NCBI GenBank assembly: GCA_938005475.1
Contig: CALLNY010000003.1
Coordinates: 2,540-66,539, forward strand
Reading direction: 5' to 3'
Length of the DNA: 64,000 nt
Origin: an uncultured Bacteroidia bacterium
GTDB lineage: Bacteria; Bacteroidota; Bacteroidia; J057; CALLMJ01
In this document: one piece after another, positions 39,051-49,207 of the stretch
How the letters are laid out: each line of letters opens with the position of its first letter
How positions within the stretch are numbered: the stretch's first letter is position 1
The notes under the pieces: generated by a model
The model's database searches: none
The model's input: only the letters and a program-made list of their open reading frames with translations
What the model was told of the DNA's origin: nothing
Program-made: the position numbers and the translations under genes

Positions 39051-40200
39051 TTACATTTTTTTGTTTATATTTTTTTTATCGGGTTTTTTGATAGCCCATA
39101 CTTATTTATTTTTTCCTTTTTTAATGAAACTTTTAAGTAAAAGCCCACAAGAGTTCACGTGTCCCGTTCCAAGATTAAAAGTAGCGATTTTGATGGCTGC
39201 GTATAATGAAGAACAAGTTATCAGAAAAAAAATGGATTCTACGTTGAATACAAACTATCCTATGGAATTATTAGAAATATGGGTAGGTTCGGATTGTTCT
39301 ACGGATAAAACTGACGAAATTTTAACAGAATATTCAAACCAATATTCTAATGTACATTTTACTCGATTTCATCAAAGAACGGGAAAGCCTCAAATTATCA
39401 ATCATTTACAAGAGAAGGTTCAAGCAGATATCTTAATTTTGACAGATGCAGATACCATTTTTAATAAGGATACTATTCCTGAATTAGTCAGGCCTTTTGC
39501 AAATCCTGAAATTGGAGGCGTTCAGGCTTCTTTTATATTTATCATTACTCATTCAGAAAATAAAGATGTTGCGCATCAAGAGATGACTTATAATAAAATA
39601 GAAATTGGTATAAAGAAAGGAGAAAGTCGTTTAGGGAGTATTATTGGCGCGGAGGGGGCTTGTTATGCTATTCGCAAAAGTTTATATGTACCTACTCCCA
39701 ATAACTTTATTGTAGACGATTTTTTTATATTTATGAACGTACTAGCCAAAGGATTTATGACTGTTGTAAATGAAAAAGCATTAGCTATAAGAGAAATCTC
39801 TGGAGACAGCAAAGTGGAATTTAAAAGGAAAATCCGAATTGGTTCAGGAAACTTTCAAAACTTCTTTTATTTCAAAAAATTTTGGTTACCTTTCAGTATA
39901 ACCTCATGGGTCTATTGGTCTCATAAAGTTTTAAGATGGTTTACTCCATTTTTTTTAGCACTGTTTTTGTTAGCAAATATTTATCTTATAAAACTCAATT
40001 TCTTTTTTGTATTAACCATGTCTTTACAAATTTTGATATATGCAAGCATTTTACTGGATTATATACTTGGAAAACTCCATTTAAATTTTAAAATATTAAG
40101 ATTTATTAAACATTTTTTGTTCATGAACCTTGCTTTATTATTAGGATTTATTAAATTTGTAAACGGAATATCCCGAAGCAGTTGGGATACAAAAAACTAA
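39043..40200 (+). CDS. Membrane-embedded family 2 glycosyltransferase (processive-synthase-like topology)
   Basis: N-terminal TM, then AILMAAYNEE, DCSTD and LTDADT (DxD). KRKIRIGSGNFQ sits at the position of QxxRW-type motifs, and C-terminal TM helices follow. 8-nt overlap with the upstream GT. Confidence 0.75.
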   Translation: MLDYIFLFIFFLSGFLIAHTYLFFPFLMKLLSKSPQEFTCPVPRLKVAILMAAYNEEQVIRKKMDSTLNTNYPMELLEIWVGSDCSTDKTDEILTEYSNQYSNVHFTRFHQRTGKPQIINHLQEKVQADILILTDADTIFNKDTIPELVRPFANPEIGGVQASFIFIITHSENKDVAHQEMTYNKIEIGIKKGESRLGSIIGAEGACYAIRKSLYVPTPNNFIVDDFFIFMNVLAKGFMTVVNEKALAIREISGDSKVEFKRKIRIGSGNFQNFFYFKKFWLPFSITSWVYWSHKVLRWFTPFFLALFLLANIYLIKLNFFFVLTMSLQILIYASILLDYILGKLHLNFKILRFIKHFLFMNLALLLGFIKFVNGISRSSWDTKN

Positions 40201-40218
40201 AACCTTAATTTTAAACTT

Positions 40219-40710
40219 ATGAAGTATTTATTGCAAATTTGGTTATTCGTAGGTTTAATTACCTATCAGTTAGTAGCACAAGTGAATTACACTTCAAAAG
40301 AAGGAAATTTTAATTGCTCGTTTCCTGAGGAACCCACTGAGGGAGTAAGTGAATTAGAAGATGGAACAAAGGTCTATCATTTACAGAGTATGAAAGGCGA
40401 AGAAATTTATATGATATTCTTTGCTAATTACGCTAACAAAGCCGATAAAACTATTGCAAAAGTAACAACAGAAGCCACTAAAGATGCGTTTGTAGAAAAA
40501 TTACAAGCGGAAGTAAAATCTGAAAAAACTTATGATTATAAAGGCTATACTGGCTACGAGCTTAAATTGATTACGAGTGACGATTTTATAGTTTATTACC
40601 GTGTTATTTATATCAATCAAACGATTTATCAATTTGCGGTAGTAGGTGCAAATCCCAAAGTTGCTGAGGTTAACAATTTTTTCAGCTCGTTTAAATACAC
40701 GGGCAAATAA
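40219..40710 (+). CDS. Hypothetical secreted protein (163 aa)
   Basis: Signal peptide ending LVAQ. No family recognised. Confidence 0.4.
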   Translation: MKYLLQIWLFVGLITYQLVAQVNYTSKEGNFNCSFPEEPTEGVSELEDGTKVYHLQSMKGEEIYMIFFANYANKADKTIAKVTTEATKDAFVEKLQAEVKSEKTYDYKGYTGYELKLITSDDFIVYYRVIYINQTIYQFAVVGANPKVAEVNNFFSSFKYTGK

Positions 40711-40733
40711 ATTTTGTTTAACTTCGAAGTTAT

Positions 40734-40757
40734 CCACCCTAATTGGGTGGCTTTTTT
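40734..40757 (+). terminator. Intrinsic terminator
   Basis: CCACCC-TAAT-TGGGTGG hairpin followed by CTTTTTT. Confidence 0.6.
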
Positions 40758-41982
40758 ATAATTTTTTTGGATTAAAGTAAGCACGTAAGGAATTACTTAA
40801 CTTATTTAGAGAAAAAATGGTGAAAAAAATCATCATGCCTGGGAAAGTAATTAACCACCAAGCATTGAGGTCACTTCGCCCAGATTTTAATAATGCCCCC
40901 CATGAAACATAATTCATTCCTAATCCTAAAAAACTTAATGTCGATTCCATTAATATAGCCGCCGCAATAGCAAAAGATATGGATACCCAAATAGGGGGTA
41001 AGGCATTTGGAATAACATGACGAATTAAAATCTGAATATCTGAAAGACCTTGGATCTTAACAACATTTTTGTAATCTAAGTATTTAATTTTCAATATTTC
41101 AGCTCTTATCAAGCGAGCAAATAGGGTCCATTGAATAAAGGCTATAATAGCCACCAATAATCCTAAATTAGGTTTAGCTATTGCTGTTAAAATTATGATT
41201 AACAACAACATAGGAATAGATAACTTAATTTCAATAAACCTTGAAATCATAATATCCAATGGAATAGAAATTTTCTTTTGTAGGAGAGGAATAAAAGATT
41301 TTAAAAAAGAAAATAATCTCCAAAAAATATAAACAATTAAGCCAAAAAGTACTATGCTGGACAATCCCTCCCAAAGAAAGCGATAAAAATTTTGTGATAA
41401 AGCCTGCCCGAGAAGATAAGAACGAGCATAAAAAGCTATAAAAAAAGCCCAAAAACCAATCAAAACAAAAATCAATAAAGAATAACGGCTAATTTTAAAG
41501 TCATGGTCTCCCCAAAATCCTGCAATAGAACCTAAAAATACGCCTAAAAGTGTAGCTAAAAAAGTGGAAGTAGTACCAATAAGCACTGCGTATCTACTCC
41601 CATAAACTAATCCGCTAGCAATATCTCTACCTAGTTCATCAGTACCTAAAAAATGATAAAAATTTTGATTTTTTATCTTGAGAACCGATAGTGGTGGGCT
41701 TGCAGGTGCATTTTGCATATCAAGCTGTTCGGGAGAAAAAGGAATTAAAGCCCAAAGAACGCTTTCTAATGGAAGCATCTTCCAATCTTTATTCATTAAA
41801 TCATTTTCCCATTGGTATAATCCTACTTGATATAAAATTTCATATAAAGCAGGAAAATAAATCTGGTTTTTATATCGTGCAAACAAAGGTTTATCATTTG
41901 CTATAAAATTAGCAAATAATGTTAAAAAAATCAAAAATAGTAACCAAAGAATATAAAAATTCCAATTTAATAAACGTTTCAA
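40756..41982 (-). CDS. ABC transporter permease, DppC/OppC-like (binding-protein-dependent type)
   Basis: About 6 TM segments plus the EAA-loop-like ESTLSFLGLGMNYVSWGALL. Long N-terminal extension. Confidence 0.8.
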   Translation of the reverse strand: MKRLLNWNFYILWLLFLIFLTLFANFIANDKPLFARYKNQIYFPALYEILYQVGLYQWENDLMNKDWKMLPLESVLWALIPFSPEQLDMQNAPASPPLSVLKIKNQNFYHFLGTDELGRDIASGLVYGSRYAVLIGTTSTFLATLLGVFLGSIAGFWGDHDFKISRYSLLIFVLIGFWAFFIAFYARSYLLGQALSQNFYRFLWEGLSSIVLFGLIVYIFWRLFSFLKSFIPLLQKKISIPLDIMISRFIEIKLSIPMLLLIIILTAIAKPNLGLLVAIIAFIQWTLFARLIRAEILKIKYLDYKNVVKIQGLSDIQILIRHVIPNALPPIWVSISFAIAAAILMESTLSFLGLGMNYVSWGALLKSGRSDLNAWWLITFPGMMIFFTIFSLNKLSNSLRAYFNPKKL

Positions 41983-41983
41983 T

Positions 41984-43366
41984 TCACCAAACCTTTTTAA
42001 GGAAATTCAGTACATTTTCCCACATCAACTTACTAACGATTTTATAAGGGGAAAGCCCAGTATCTTTAAATTTATCGTAATTCATCTCAAAAAAGGTAAG
42101 TAAATCTAATTCTAATTTAGGGTAATCACGAACAGAAGTACAGCTATGAATCGGTTCAATAAGCCCATCAAAATCAGAACCTAATGCAACTGAATCAAAA
42201 GCTTTAGAAGGCTCAATACCTTTCTTAATTAAAACATTATAAATGTGTTCTAATTGATAATAAATCAGTAAAGATTGATTGAGTTTTTCTTTCATGAATT
42301 TAGCAAGCATTTTTTCACCTGTTAAAACTCTTCTATCCATAATAATTCCCATAAGCCCACCGAGCTGGTGTATAGCGTAAATATCATCATCATGAAAATT
42401 GATATCCCACGGATTAAATTTATCACTTTTTAATCGTTCAATACTTTTATCTTCTTTTACAATTATTTGATTATTCAAAATATTAGTCTCTCTTCCACTC
42501 ACTGCAAAGTGGCTGGCTACTATTGGAAAGTTATGTTCTTTGGATAGATGGTAAATCTGCTGCCTTGTAATGGCATCACAGTGTTTAATATCAATTACAA
42601 TTTTGTTTTGTAAACATTTGTTTACGAAGTAATTACCCAAAAAGGTTAGCCCTCTATAATTACCTAAAAAGTTTAAAGTACTGATAGGATTTTTGATAAT
42701 TTTCTTTATTCCATTAAGTTCAACTGCTTTAGGCATAGAAGCTAAATAATTGAAAACAAAATGATTAAGAGTTATAAACTTAAAGTTATTATCTAATAAC
42801 CAGCTTATACGCTCCTGAACCAAATCTATAGAAGGGATTTCGGGGAGTTCATATTTGGAATTATTAGAAAAATTTTCAGCGTACTCAAATCCTAAACAAT
42901 GAGCGCCTTCAATGGAAAGCAAAATCGCAATTTTATTTCTATCTTTTAAAGTTTCTTCTAATTGACTGTAATTCTGAATAAAAACTAATTCTTTGGTTTG
43001 GTCTGGGGAGATTTTATGGCTTTTTAAGTAATTAAATTCTTGTTGAAGAATAGTAAAAGGCTTTGTAGCACTAATCTCACGAAGTTTTTTGATATCCAGA
43101 TTTAGCACTCTTGCCATGATGGCAGGCTGTGTAAAAATCTTAGATAACAAAAATCTTTCTAGTACTGTAAAGTAATGACAAATCAAACGTGTATTAGAGG
43201 AAAATAAAGCATTAAAATTTGCCCTCGAGAACTGTGTAGTTCTATTATAAATTTTGGAAGGGTCATCAGTAGTATAATCATTCCAAGGGTCATAGATATT
43301 ATTAGCTAAAAAAGGCTTTAAGGTAGGGTGAACATGAATATCTGCGTAAATAGGTTGTTGGTTCAT
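41984..43366 (-). CDS. Amidohydrolase related to M19 membrane dipeptidases (divergent, tentative)
   Basis: Colinear blocks ADIHVHPT, LLSIEGAH, ITLNHF, VIDIKHCD, PIVASHFA and ALGSDFDG mirror the M19 metal-ligand blocks, but the first block is HxH instead of HxD. Confidence 0.45.
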   Translation of the reverse strand: MNQQPIYADIHVHPTLKPFLANNIYDPWNDYTTDDPSKIYNRTTQFSRANFNALFSSNTRLICHYFTVLERFLLSKIFTQPAIMARVLNLDIKKLREISATKPFTILQQEFNYLKSHKISPDQTKELVFIQNYSQLEETLKDRNKIAILLSIEGAHCLGFEYAENFSNNSKYELPEIPSIDLVQERISWLLDNNFKFITLNHFVFNYLASMPKAVELNGIKKIIKNPISTLNFLGNYRGLTFLGNYFVNKCLQNKIVIDIKHCDAITRQQIYHLSKEHNFPIVASHFAVSGRETNILNNQIIVKEDKSIERLKSDKFNPWDINFHDDDIYAIHQLGGLMGIIMDRRVLTGEKMLAKFMKEKLNQSLLIYYQLEHIYNVLIKKGIEPSKAFDSVALGSDFDGLIEPIHSCTSVRDYPKLELDLLTFFEMNYDKFKDTGLSPYKIVSKLMWENVLNFLKKVW

Positions 43367-43374
43367 AAAAGATG

Positions 43375-44412
43375 TTAGGAGTAGAAACTAAAATATTCAG
43401 CAGGTCTTAAATTAAAGAAAGAAAAAGCCGTTTTCCAAAAAATTTGTTCTTTGTGATTATCGCTAATTAGTGTAGTATTTTCTAGGAACTTACCATGTTC
43501 TAAATCTCCTAATGGGAAGGGATAATCCGTTCCATAAGCGATTTTGTCAGCACCGATATAATCAACTAGATACTTTAAAGCAATATCATCATGAGTTATA
43601 CCATCTACCCAGAAGGATTTTAAATATTCAATAGGTGGTTTTTTAATATTTTTAGCGCAGAGGTCTGGTCTTGCGAAGTAGCCGTGGTTAATTCTGCCGA
43701 TAGTAAAAATAAAAGAGCCGCCTCCATGAGCAAAGAGCACTTTTAATTTAGGAAATCTTTCAAAGATTCCTCCAAATATCATGTAAGAAATAGCTCTCGC
43801 TGTTTCAGCAGGCATACCTACTAACCAAGGCAAAAAATAATCAGGGATAACTTCTTTTCCCATGATGTCCCATGGATGTATCATTATCGGAACCCCCATA
43901 CTTTGAGCCGCCTCCCAAAAAGGATATAAATCAGGATGATCCAAATTCTTTTGATTGATGTTAGTGCCTATTTCAACTCCTTTAAGGTTTAATTGGGTGA
44001 TACACCGCTCCATCTCTTGAATAGCAAAGGATATATCTTGCATCGGTAACGTCCCTAAACCTACTATCCTTTTAGAATGTTGTTCTTGTACACCGGCTAT
44101 AAAATCATTATAAAATTGGCACCAATATAACGCATCTCCAGGTTTTGCCCAATAATAAAATAAAACTGGTATATTAGATAATACCATTACATTCACCCGA
44201 TGCTTATTCATATCCAATAAAATAAATTCTGGGTCATAACAATTTTGTTGTACTTTACGAAAGAATGAACCATCATCTCGCATCATATCTACTGTACCAT
44301 CTTTATGATAATGTAACTCAATAAAACCTCCATATCCAAATTTTTCTTTCAGGTTTGGCCATTTAGGCGGCATAATATGACCGTGAACGTCTACTTTAAA
44401 TTTAGGTGTCAT
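43375..44412 (-). CDS. 2-amino-3-carboxymuconate-6-semialdehyde decarboxylase (ACMSD) family amidohydrolase
   Basis: Colinear with animal ACMSD as recalled: VDVHGHI, FGYGG, GLGTLPMQ, HPWD, LPWLVGMPAET, FAHGGG and GTDYPFPLG. Start moved to MTPKFKVD at 44412, downstream of a promoter box. Confidence 0.85.
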   Translation of the reverse strand: MTPKFKVDVHGHIMPPKWPNLKEKFGYGGFIELHYHKDGTVDMMRDDGSFFRKVQQNCYDPEFILLDMNKHRVNVMVLSNIPVLFYYWAKPGDALYWCQFYNDFIAGVQEQHSKRIVGLGTLPMQDISFAIQEMERCITQLNLKGVEIGTNINQKNLDHPDLYPFWEAAQSMGVPIMIHPWDIMGKEVIPDYFLPWLVGMPAETARAISYMIFGGIFERFPKLKVLFAHGGGSFIFTIGRINHGYFARPDLCAKNIKKPPIEYLKSFWVDGITHDDIALKYLVDYIGADKIAYGTDYPFPLGDLEHGKFLENTTLISDNHKEQIFWKTAFSFFNLRPAEYFSFYS

Positions 44413-44435
44413 TGGATAGATTGTAAATAATATCA

Positions 44436-44443
44436 CAAATTTA
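44436..44443 (-). promoter_or_regulatory. -7 promoter box (TAAATTTG)
   Basis: Exact TAnnTTTG on the minus strand 24 nt upstream of the ATG at 44412. Confidence 0.45.
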
Positions 44444-44544
44444 AACATTCAACCGCTGATTTTGCAAATATTTTTATTTTTAAAAAGTTTATACAAAAGA
44501 TTTTGTTAAAACTTTTTGTACTAATTTAAAGTTTGAGAGATATC

Positions 44545-45537
44545 ATGAATTTTACGGAAGATTTATTACAGTGGTACAGTGTTAATAAAAGGGAATTACC
44601 TTGGCGTGATATCGATGACCCTTACAGAATTTGGTTATCCGAAATTATGTTACAACAAACTCGTATTCAGCAAGTTTATGAATATTACTATCGTTTTATA
44701 AAACAATGGGAAACCGTTGTAGCGTTAGCAAATGCTTCCGAAGAGCAGGTATTGAAAGCATGGGAAGGACTAGGATACTACTCCCGTGCAAGGAACTTAC
44801 ACCAAACCGCCCAAATTATTACCTACAAATACAACGGCATTTTTCCTAAAAAATATCAAACACTTCAACAGTTCCCCGGAATTGGAGCATACACAGCAAG
44901 AGCTATCGCCTCTTTTGCTTTCAACCAACCCGTTGTCGCATTAGATGGTAACGGATTTCGCGTTATTACAAGAATATTAGATATTAACTTGCCCGTAAAT
45001 GTTACCAAAAATCAAAATATTATACAAAAATTAGCTGACGAACTGCTCGGTAACTACCCTTCTAAGGATTTCAATTATGCTTTAATGGATTTAGGCAATC
45101 TTATCTGTAAACCACAAAAGCCTTTATGCGAAAAATGCCCCGTCCAAAATCATTGTTTGGCTTTTTTTCATCAAACTCACCTCGAAAAACCTATCAAACT
45201 CAAAACATTAAAACGTACACAAGATTTCTTAATCTTTTATTGGTATGAAATTGATAACCATGTAGCTGTGATAAAAAAATTTTTTAATTACTGGAAAGGT
45301 TTATATATTTTTCCTTTTGAAAAATTAGAATTTGACCACTGGAAAAAATATAACGAAAATATCTTATTAGAAACTAAACATATTTTAACGCATAAAGATT
45401 TGTTTATCAAAGTAATTCTAACTAATCAGCAACAAACTATTGAACAATTTCAGTCCGCAGAATGGCTACCTAAAAAAGAGTTAGTAAACAAACCATTTCC
45501 CAGACCCTTTCAGGAACTTATTGGTATTATGGTTTAA
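44545..45537 (+). CDS. mutY: A/G-specific adenine DNA glycosylase
   Basis: LPWR, WLSEIMLQQT, helix-hairpin-helix PGIGAYTA and a 4Fe-4S Cys cluster (CKPQKPLCEKCPVQNHC). C-terminal NUDIX-like domain. Confidence 0.9.
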   Translation: MNFTEDLLQWYSVNKRELPWRDIDDPYRIWLSEIMLQQTRIQQVYEYYYRFIKQWETVVALANASEEQVLKAWEGLGYYSRARNLHQTAQIITYKYNGIFPKKYQTLQQFPGIGAYTARAIASFAFNQPVVALDGNGFRVITRILDINLPVNVTKNQNIIQKLADELLGNYPSKDFNYALMDLGNLICKPQKPLCEKCPVQNHCLAFFHQTHLEKPIKLKTLKRTQDFLIFYWYEIDNHVAVIKKFFNYWKGLYIFPFEKLEFDHWKKYNENILLETKHILTHKDLFIKVILTNQQQTIEQFQSAEWLPKKELVNKPFPRPFQELIGIMV

Positions 45538-45558
45538 GAATAATAGGATTTTTTTTCT

Positions 45559-46047
45559 TTAATGCCTTAAAAACAAATTTAAAGCTCCCATCATAAATGC
45601 TATTATCGTAAAACCCATCCCTATCAACCACGTTATCGTATTTAACCTCTTCTCCATCGCCTCAAACTTCGTATCAGCACTCTGAAATCGTAAATTCATC
45701 TCCTTCTGCATCGACTCAAATCGTGAATTCATCTCCTTCTGCATCGACTCAAAACGTGAATTCATCTCCTTCTGCATCGAAACAAAACGCATATCCACAT
45801 TTTCAAAACGTAAATTCATCTCTTTAATCAAAAACTCAAAACGCTCATCCATCTTCTCCATTACCATTCTTAAATCTTCCTTTGTGGAAAGCATCTGAAA
45901 TTGACTTTGTTGCTCCTCCTGTAACTCCTTTAAAATATCCGTTAGCACCTTTTCTGCCCACTTCTCAAGCTCCTCATCTATCCTCGGATTCTTATTCTCT
46001 TGTAATATCTCCCGTATCCGTGTCTTCGTTACTAAATATTTTCCCAT
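45559..46047 (-). CDS. Tail-anchored coiled-coil protein with 11-aa RFE repeats (DUF1640-like, tentative)
   Basis: LSTKEDL, then repeats [11 protein letters not shown] x3 with degenerate flanking copies, and a single C-terminal TM ([23 protein letters not shown]). Confidence 0.6.
   Translation of the reverse strand: MGKYLVTKTRIREILQENKNPRIDEELEKWAEKVLTDILKELQEEQQSQFQMLSTKEDLRMVMEKMDERFEFLIKEMNLRFENVDMRFVSMQKEMNSRFESMQKEMNSRFESMQKEMNLRFQSADTKFEAMEKRLNTITWLIGMGFTIIAFMMGALNLFLRH
45682..45780. repeat. Three tandem 33-bp repeats inside the coiled-coil gene
   Basis: Units at 45682-45714, 45715-45747 and 45748-45780 (CTCAAAWCGTGAATTCATCTCCTTCTGCATCGA) differ at 1-2 positions. More diverged copies flank them. 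Confidence 0.9.
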
Positions 46048-46146
46048 ACTAATCTCTATACAAAGTTACAATATTCTAACATTAAAACGTTAGGAAAGTG
46101 CTTAAATGTTACATTTATTAAAGATATTTTTTGCAATTTTGCGGTT

Positions 46147-47628
46147 ATGAATCAAGAATTATATCTTTTTAATACGCTTACCCATCAAAAAGAGCTTTTT
46201 TATCCATTGAAGCCACCATTTGTCGGGCTTTATGTTTGTGGACCTACGGTTTACGGAGAGCCTCATCTTGGACATGCACGCTCTGCAATTACTTTTGATA
46301 TCGTATTTCGTTACTTAAAACACCTTGGTTATAAAGTGCGTTATGTGCGTAACATTACTGATGTTGGACATTTAGAAAGTGATGCTGATGAAGGAGAAGA
46401 TAAAATTGCTAAAAAAGCCCGTATTGAACAACTTGAACCTATGGAAGTAGCACAATTTTATACGGATGCTTATCATTTCGCTATGGATAAACTACGTGTC
46501 TTAAGACCTTCCATAGAACCTCGCGCCACTGGACATATCCCCGAACAAATCGAGATGATTGAAAAAATTCTTCAAAATGGCTTCGCCTATGTTGTAAATG
46601 GTTCTGTATACTTTGATATTCAAGCTTACAAGAAAAAATATTCTTACGGTAAACTCTCAGGACGAACAAACATAGAAGAAAATTTAGCGGTTTCCAGAGA
46701 ATTAGAGGGATTTCAAGAAAAAAGGCATCCCGAAGATTTTGCGCTATGGAAAAAAGCTAATCCTGAGCATATTATGCGATGGAAATCTCCTTGGGGTGAA
46801 GGTTTCCCCGGTTGGCATATTGAATGCTCGGCAATGTCCACGAAGTATTTAGGTTCTCCTTTTGATATTCACGGGGGCGGTTTAGATTTAATTTTCCCTC
46901 ATCATGAAGCAGAAATTGCCCAAACGAATGCTTGTGAATGTTATGACAACCCTTTAAATCAAGCTAAATACTGGCTACATTGCAACATGATTACTGTTAA
47001 TGGAAAAAAAATGGGAAAATCACTAGGCAACTTTATTACCTTGAATGAGTTTTTTTCGGGTAACCATCCTATGCTATCGCAAGCTTACTCCCCTACTACT
47101 ATACGCTTTTTTATCTTACAAGCCCATTACCGCAGTACCCTCGATTTCTCTAATGAAGCTCTTCAAGCCTCCGAAAAAGCACTAATTCGCCTTCTTCAAG
47201 GTATCCAAAAATTGGATACTATCAAATACGCTGGAACTTCGTCTTTCACTGCCTCCGAAATACAACAAAAACTTTATCAAGCTATGAACGATGACCTAAA
47301 CACCGCCAAAGTTATCGCAGAACTTTTTCATGTTATTGATAAAATTCACGCTGTTGACCTAAAACAAGAAACCCTTTCTCAACAAGAAGCAAACTCCATA
47401 AAAAAACTACTTACTACCTGGCTCGAAGATATTTTAGGGATAGTACCTGAAACCCGCACAAATGAACAATTAGAAGAAGTCATGCAAATTCTCATTGAGC
47501 TTCGTAACGAAGCAAGGGCTCAAAAAAATTATGCTCTATCGGATACTATTCGTGATAAATTGCAAGCCGTACAAATCACTTTGAGAGATACCCCTGAAGG
47601 AACTATTTGGGTGAATGGAAAAATTTAA
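46147..47628 (+). CDS. cysS: Cysteine--tRNA ligase
   Basis: HLGHARS (HIGH) and KMGKSLGN (KMSKS) class I motifs, plus WHIECSAM. Confidence 0.95.
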   Translation: MNQELYLFNTLTHQKELFYPLKPPFVGLYVCGPTVYGEPHLGHARSAITFDIVFRYLKHLGYKVRYVRNITDVGHLESDADEGEDKIAKKARIEQLEPMEVAQFYTDAYHFAMDKLRVLRPSIEPRATGHIPEQIEMIEKILQNGFAYVVNGSVYFDIQAYKKKYSYGKLSGRTNIEENLAVSRELEGFQEKRHPEDFALWKKANPEHIMRWKSPWGEGFPGWHIECSAMSTKYLGSPFDIHGGGLDLIFPHHEAEIAQTNACECYDNPLNQAKYWLHCNMITVNGKKMGKSLGNFITLNEFFSGNHPMLSQAYSPTTIRFFILQAHYRSTLDFSNEALQASEKALIRLLQGIQKLDTIKYAGTSSFTASEIQQKLYQAMNDDLNTAKVIAELFHVIDKIHAVDLKQETLSQQEANSIKKLLTTWLEDILGIVPETRTNEQLEEVMQILIELRNEARAQKNYALSDTIRDKLQAVQITLRDTPEGTIWVNGKI

Positions 47629-47637
47629 ACCTTACTA

Positions 47638-48303
47638 ATGCAAACCAAGGCTATCGTTTTATTCAGTGGCGGGCAAGATTCTACTACTTGTTTGTTTTGG
47701 GCTTTGAAACACTTTGATAAAGTCGTTACTATTAGTTTTGATTATGGGCAAAGGCATGCCATTGAACTCATTCAAGCCCAAAAGATTACTCAATTATTAG
47801 AAATAGAACATCACATTTTTTCTGCTCCTGCCTTAAAACAAATTGGTGTTACCGCCTTAACTTCTAACCAAGAGATTTCTTTCTCGGAAAAAACACAATT
47901 ACCCAATACCTTTGTTCCTGCAAGAAACTTAATTTTTTTATCACTAGCCGCAGGCTGGGGCTACTTGAATCATTTTCATCATATTGTAACAGGCGTTTGC
48001 CAAACAGATTATTCTGGGTATCCCGATTGTCGTTACTCCTTTATCCAATCTGCTGAACAAACCTTACAACTTGCATTAGACGCCCCCTCCCTTAAAATTC
48101 ATACCCCCCTGATGTTCCTTAATAAAACCCAAATATGGAAAATTGCACAAGATTTAGAGGCTCTTGACTTCATCATAGAACATACTCACACCTGCTACAA
48201 AGGAGAAAGAAACTTGAAACACCCTTGGGGCTACGGCTGTGGTAAATGTCCCGCTTGCGAACTACGAAAAAAAGGTTTTGAAGAAGCTTTTGGTTATGTT
48301 TAA
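47638..48303 (+). CDS. queC: 7-cyano-7-deazaguanine synthase
   Basis: PP-loop LFSGGQDSTTC and a C-terminal Zn Cys cluster (CYKG..CGKCPAC). Confidence 0.93.
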   Translation: MQTKAIVLFSGGQDSTTCLFWALKHFDKVVTISFDYGQRHAIELIQAQKITQLLEIEHHIFSAPALKQIGVTALTSNQEISFSEKTQLPNTFVPARNLIFLSLAAGWGYLNHFHHIVTGVCQTDYSGYPDCRYSFIQSAEQTLQLALDAPSLKIHTPLMFLNKTQIWKIAQDLEALDFIIEHTHTCYKGERNLKHPWGYGCGKCPACELRKKGFEEAFGYV

Positions 48304-49207
48304 TCTTAAAACACTTTTTTCTTTATTCTTATTTCTTTTTACTTACTCTACCCTGCAAGCACAAATAAAAGCCCATTTTCGTTGTTTGGCTGACTCTATC
48401 ATATTAGGTAAGCCCATTCCTTTTAGCTTTTCCATACACTATCCCGTCGGTTATTCCATCATTTTCCCTGACTCCTCAAAAGACTTTTCCCCTTATGAAT
48501 TACACCAAAAAAAATATTTCCCAACTTTTGTCCATAATCATTACGCAATAGATAGCGTTATCTACTTTATTACCTCCTTCCAAATAGATAGTATTCAAAA
48601 ATTTCAGTTACCCTTTGCTTATGTTTATAAATTCGATACTACTCTACTCAAAAGTGATATTATTCGTGTCCCTTTTCAAAGAAAAGTATTCCATTTTACA
48701 GATAATACACCCTATCTTCTAGATAATCAACTGATTGAAATCCCTATACAACCGAATTATGGACTGTTATTACTTTTATTTTTAATTTCAATTCTGATTG
48801 CAATATTTTTAGCCATTTTTTTCAGAAAAACTATCTCAAAATGGCTCCTCTTATACAAAACTCAAAAAGAATGGCTACTATTTCAAACCCAATTGAACAA
48901 AGTATTTAATTATGATGACCCTAAAAAACTTATTTATGAATTAAATTTACTATGGAAACAATATCTAGGTACACACAATGCTATAAAACCTGAAAGTTTA
49001 ACCTCCAAAGAATTATGCTCATGGATTGATACTTTGTATTTTATAGAGAATAAACAGTTATTCGTTGAACTTTGTAAATTAGAAGAACGTATATTTTATG
49101 CATCTGAAAGTTTTGATAAATCCATTTTACTGAACCAAAAAGCTTTTATTCTTCAAGAGCTCAATAAAGTATATCAATTCAAAAAACAATTAGTTACCCT
49201 AAAATAG
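48296..49207 (+). CDS. Hypothetical single-pass membrane protein
   Basis: Start moved to MFNLKTLFSLFLFLFTYSTLQAQ (8-nt overlap with queC). Internal TM GLLLLLFLISILIAIFLAIFF. No firm family call. Confidence 0.4.
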   Translation: MFNLKTLFSLFLFLFTYSTLQAQIKAHFRCLADSIILGKPIPFSFSIHYPVGYSIIFPDSSKDFSPYELHQKKYFPTFVHNHYAIDSVIYFITSFQIDSIQKFQLPFAYVYKFDTTLLKSDIIRVPFQRKVFHFTDNTPYLLDNQLIEIPIQPNYGLLLLLFLISILIAIFLAIFFRKTISKWLLLYKTQKEWLLFQTQLNKVFNYDDPKKLIYELNLLWKQYLGTHNAIKPESLTSKELCSWIDTLYFIENKQLFVELCKLEERIFYASESFDKSILLNQKAFILQELNKVYQFKKQLVTLK

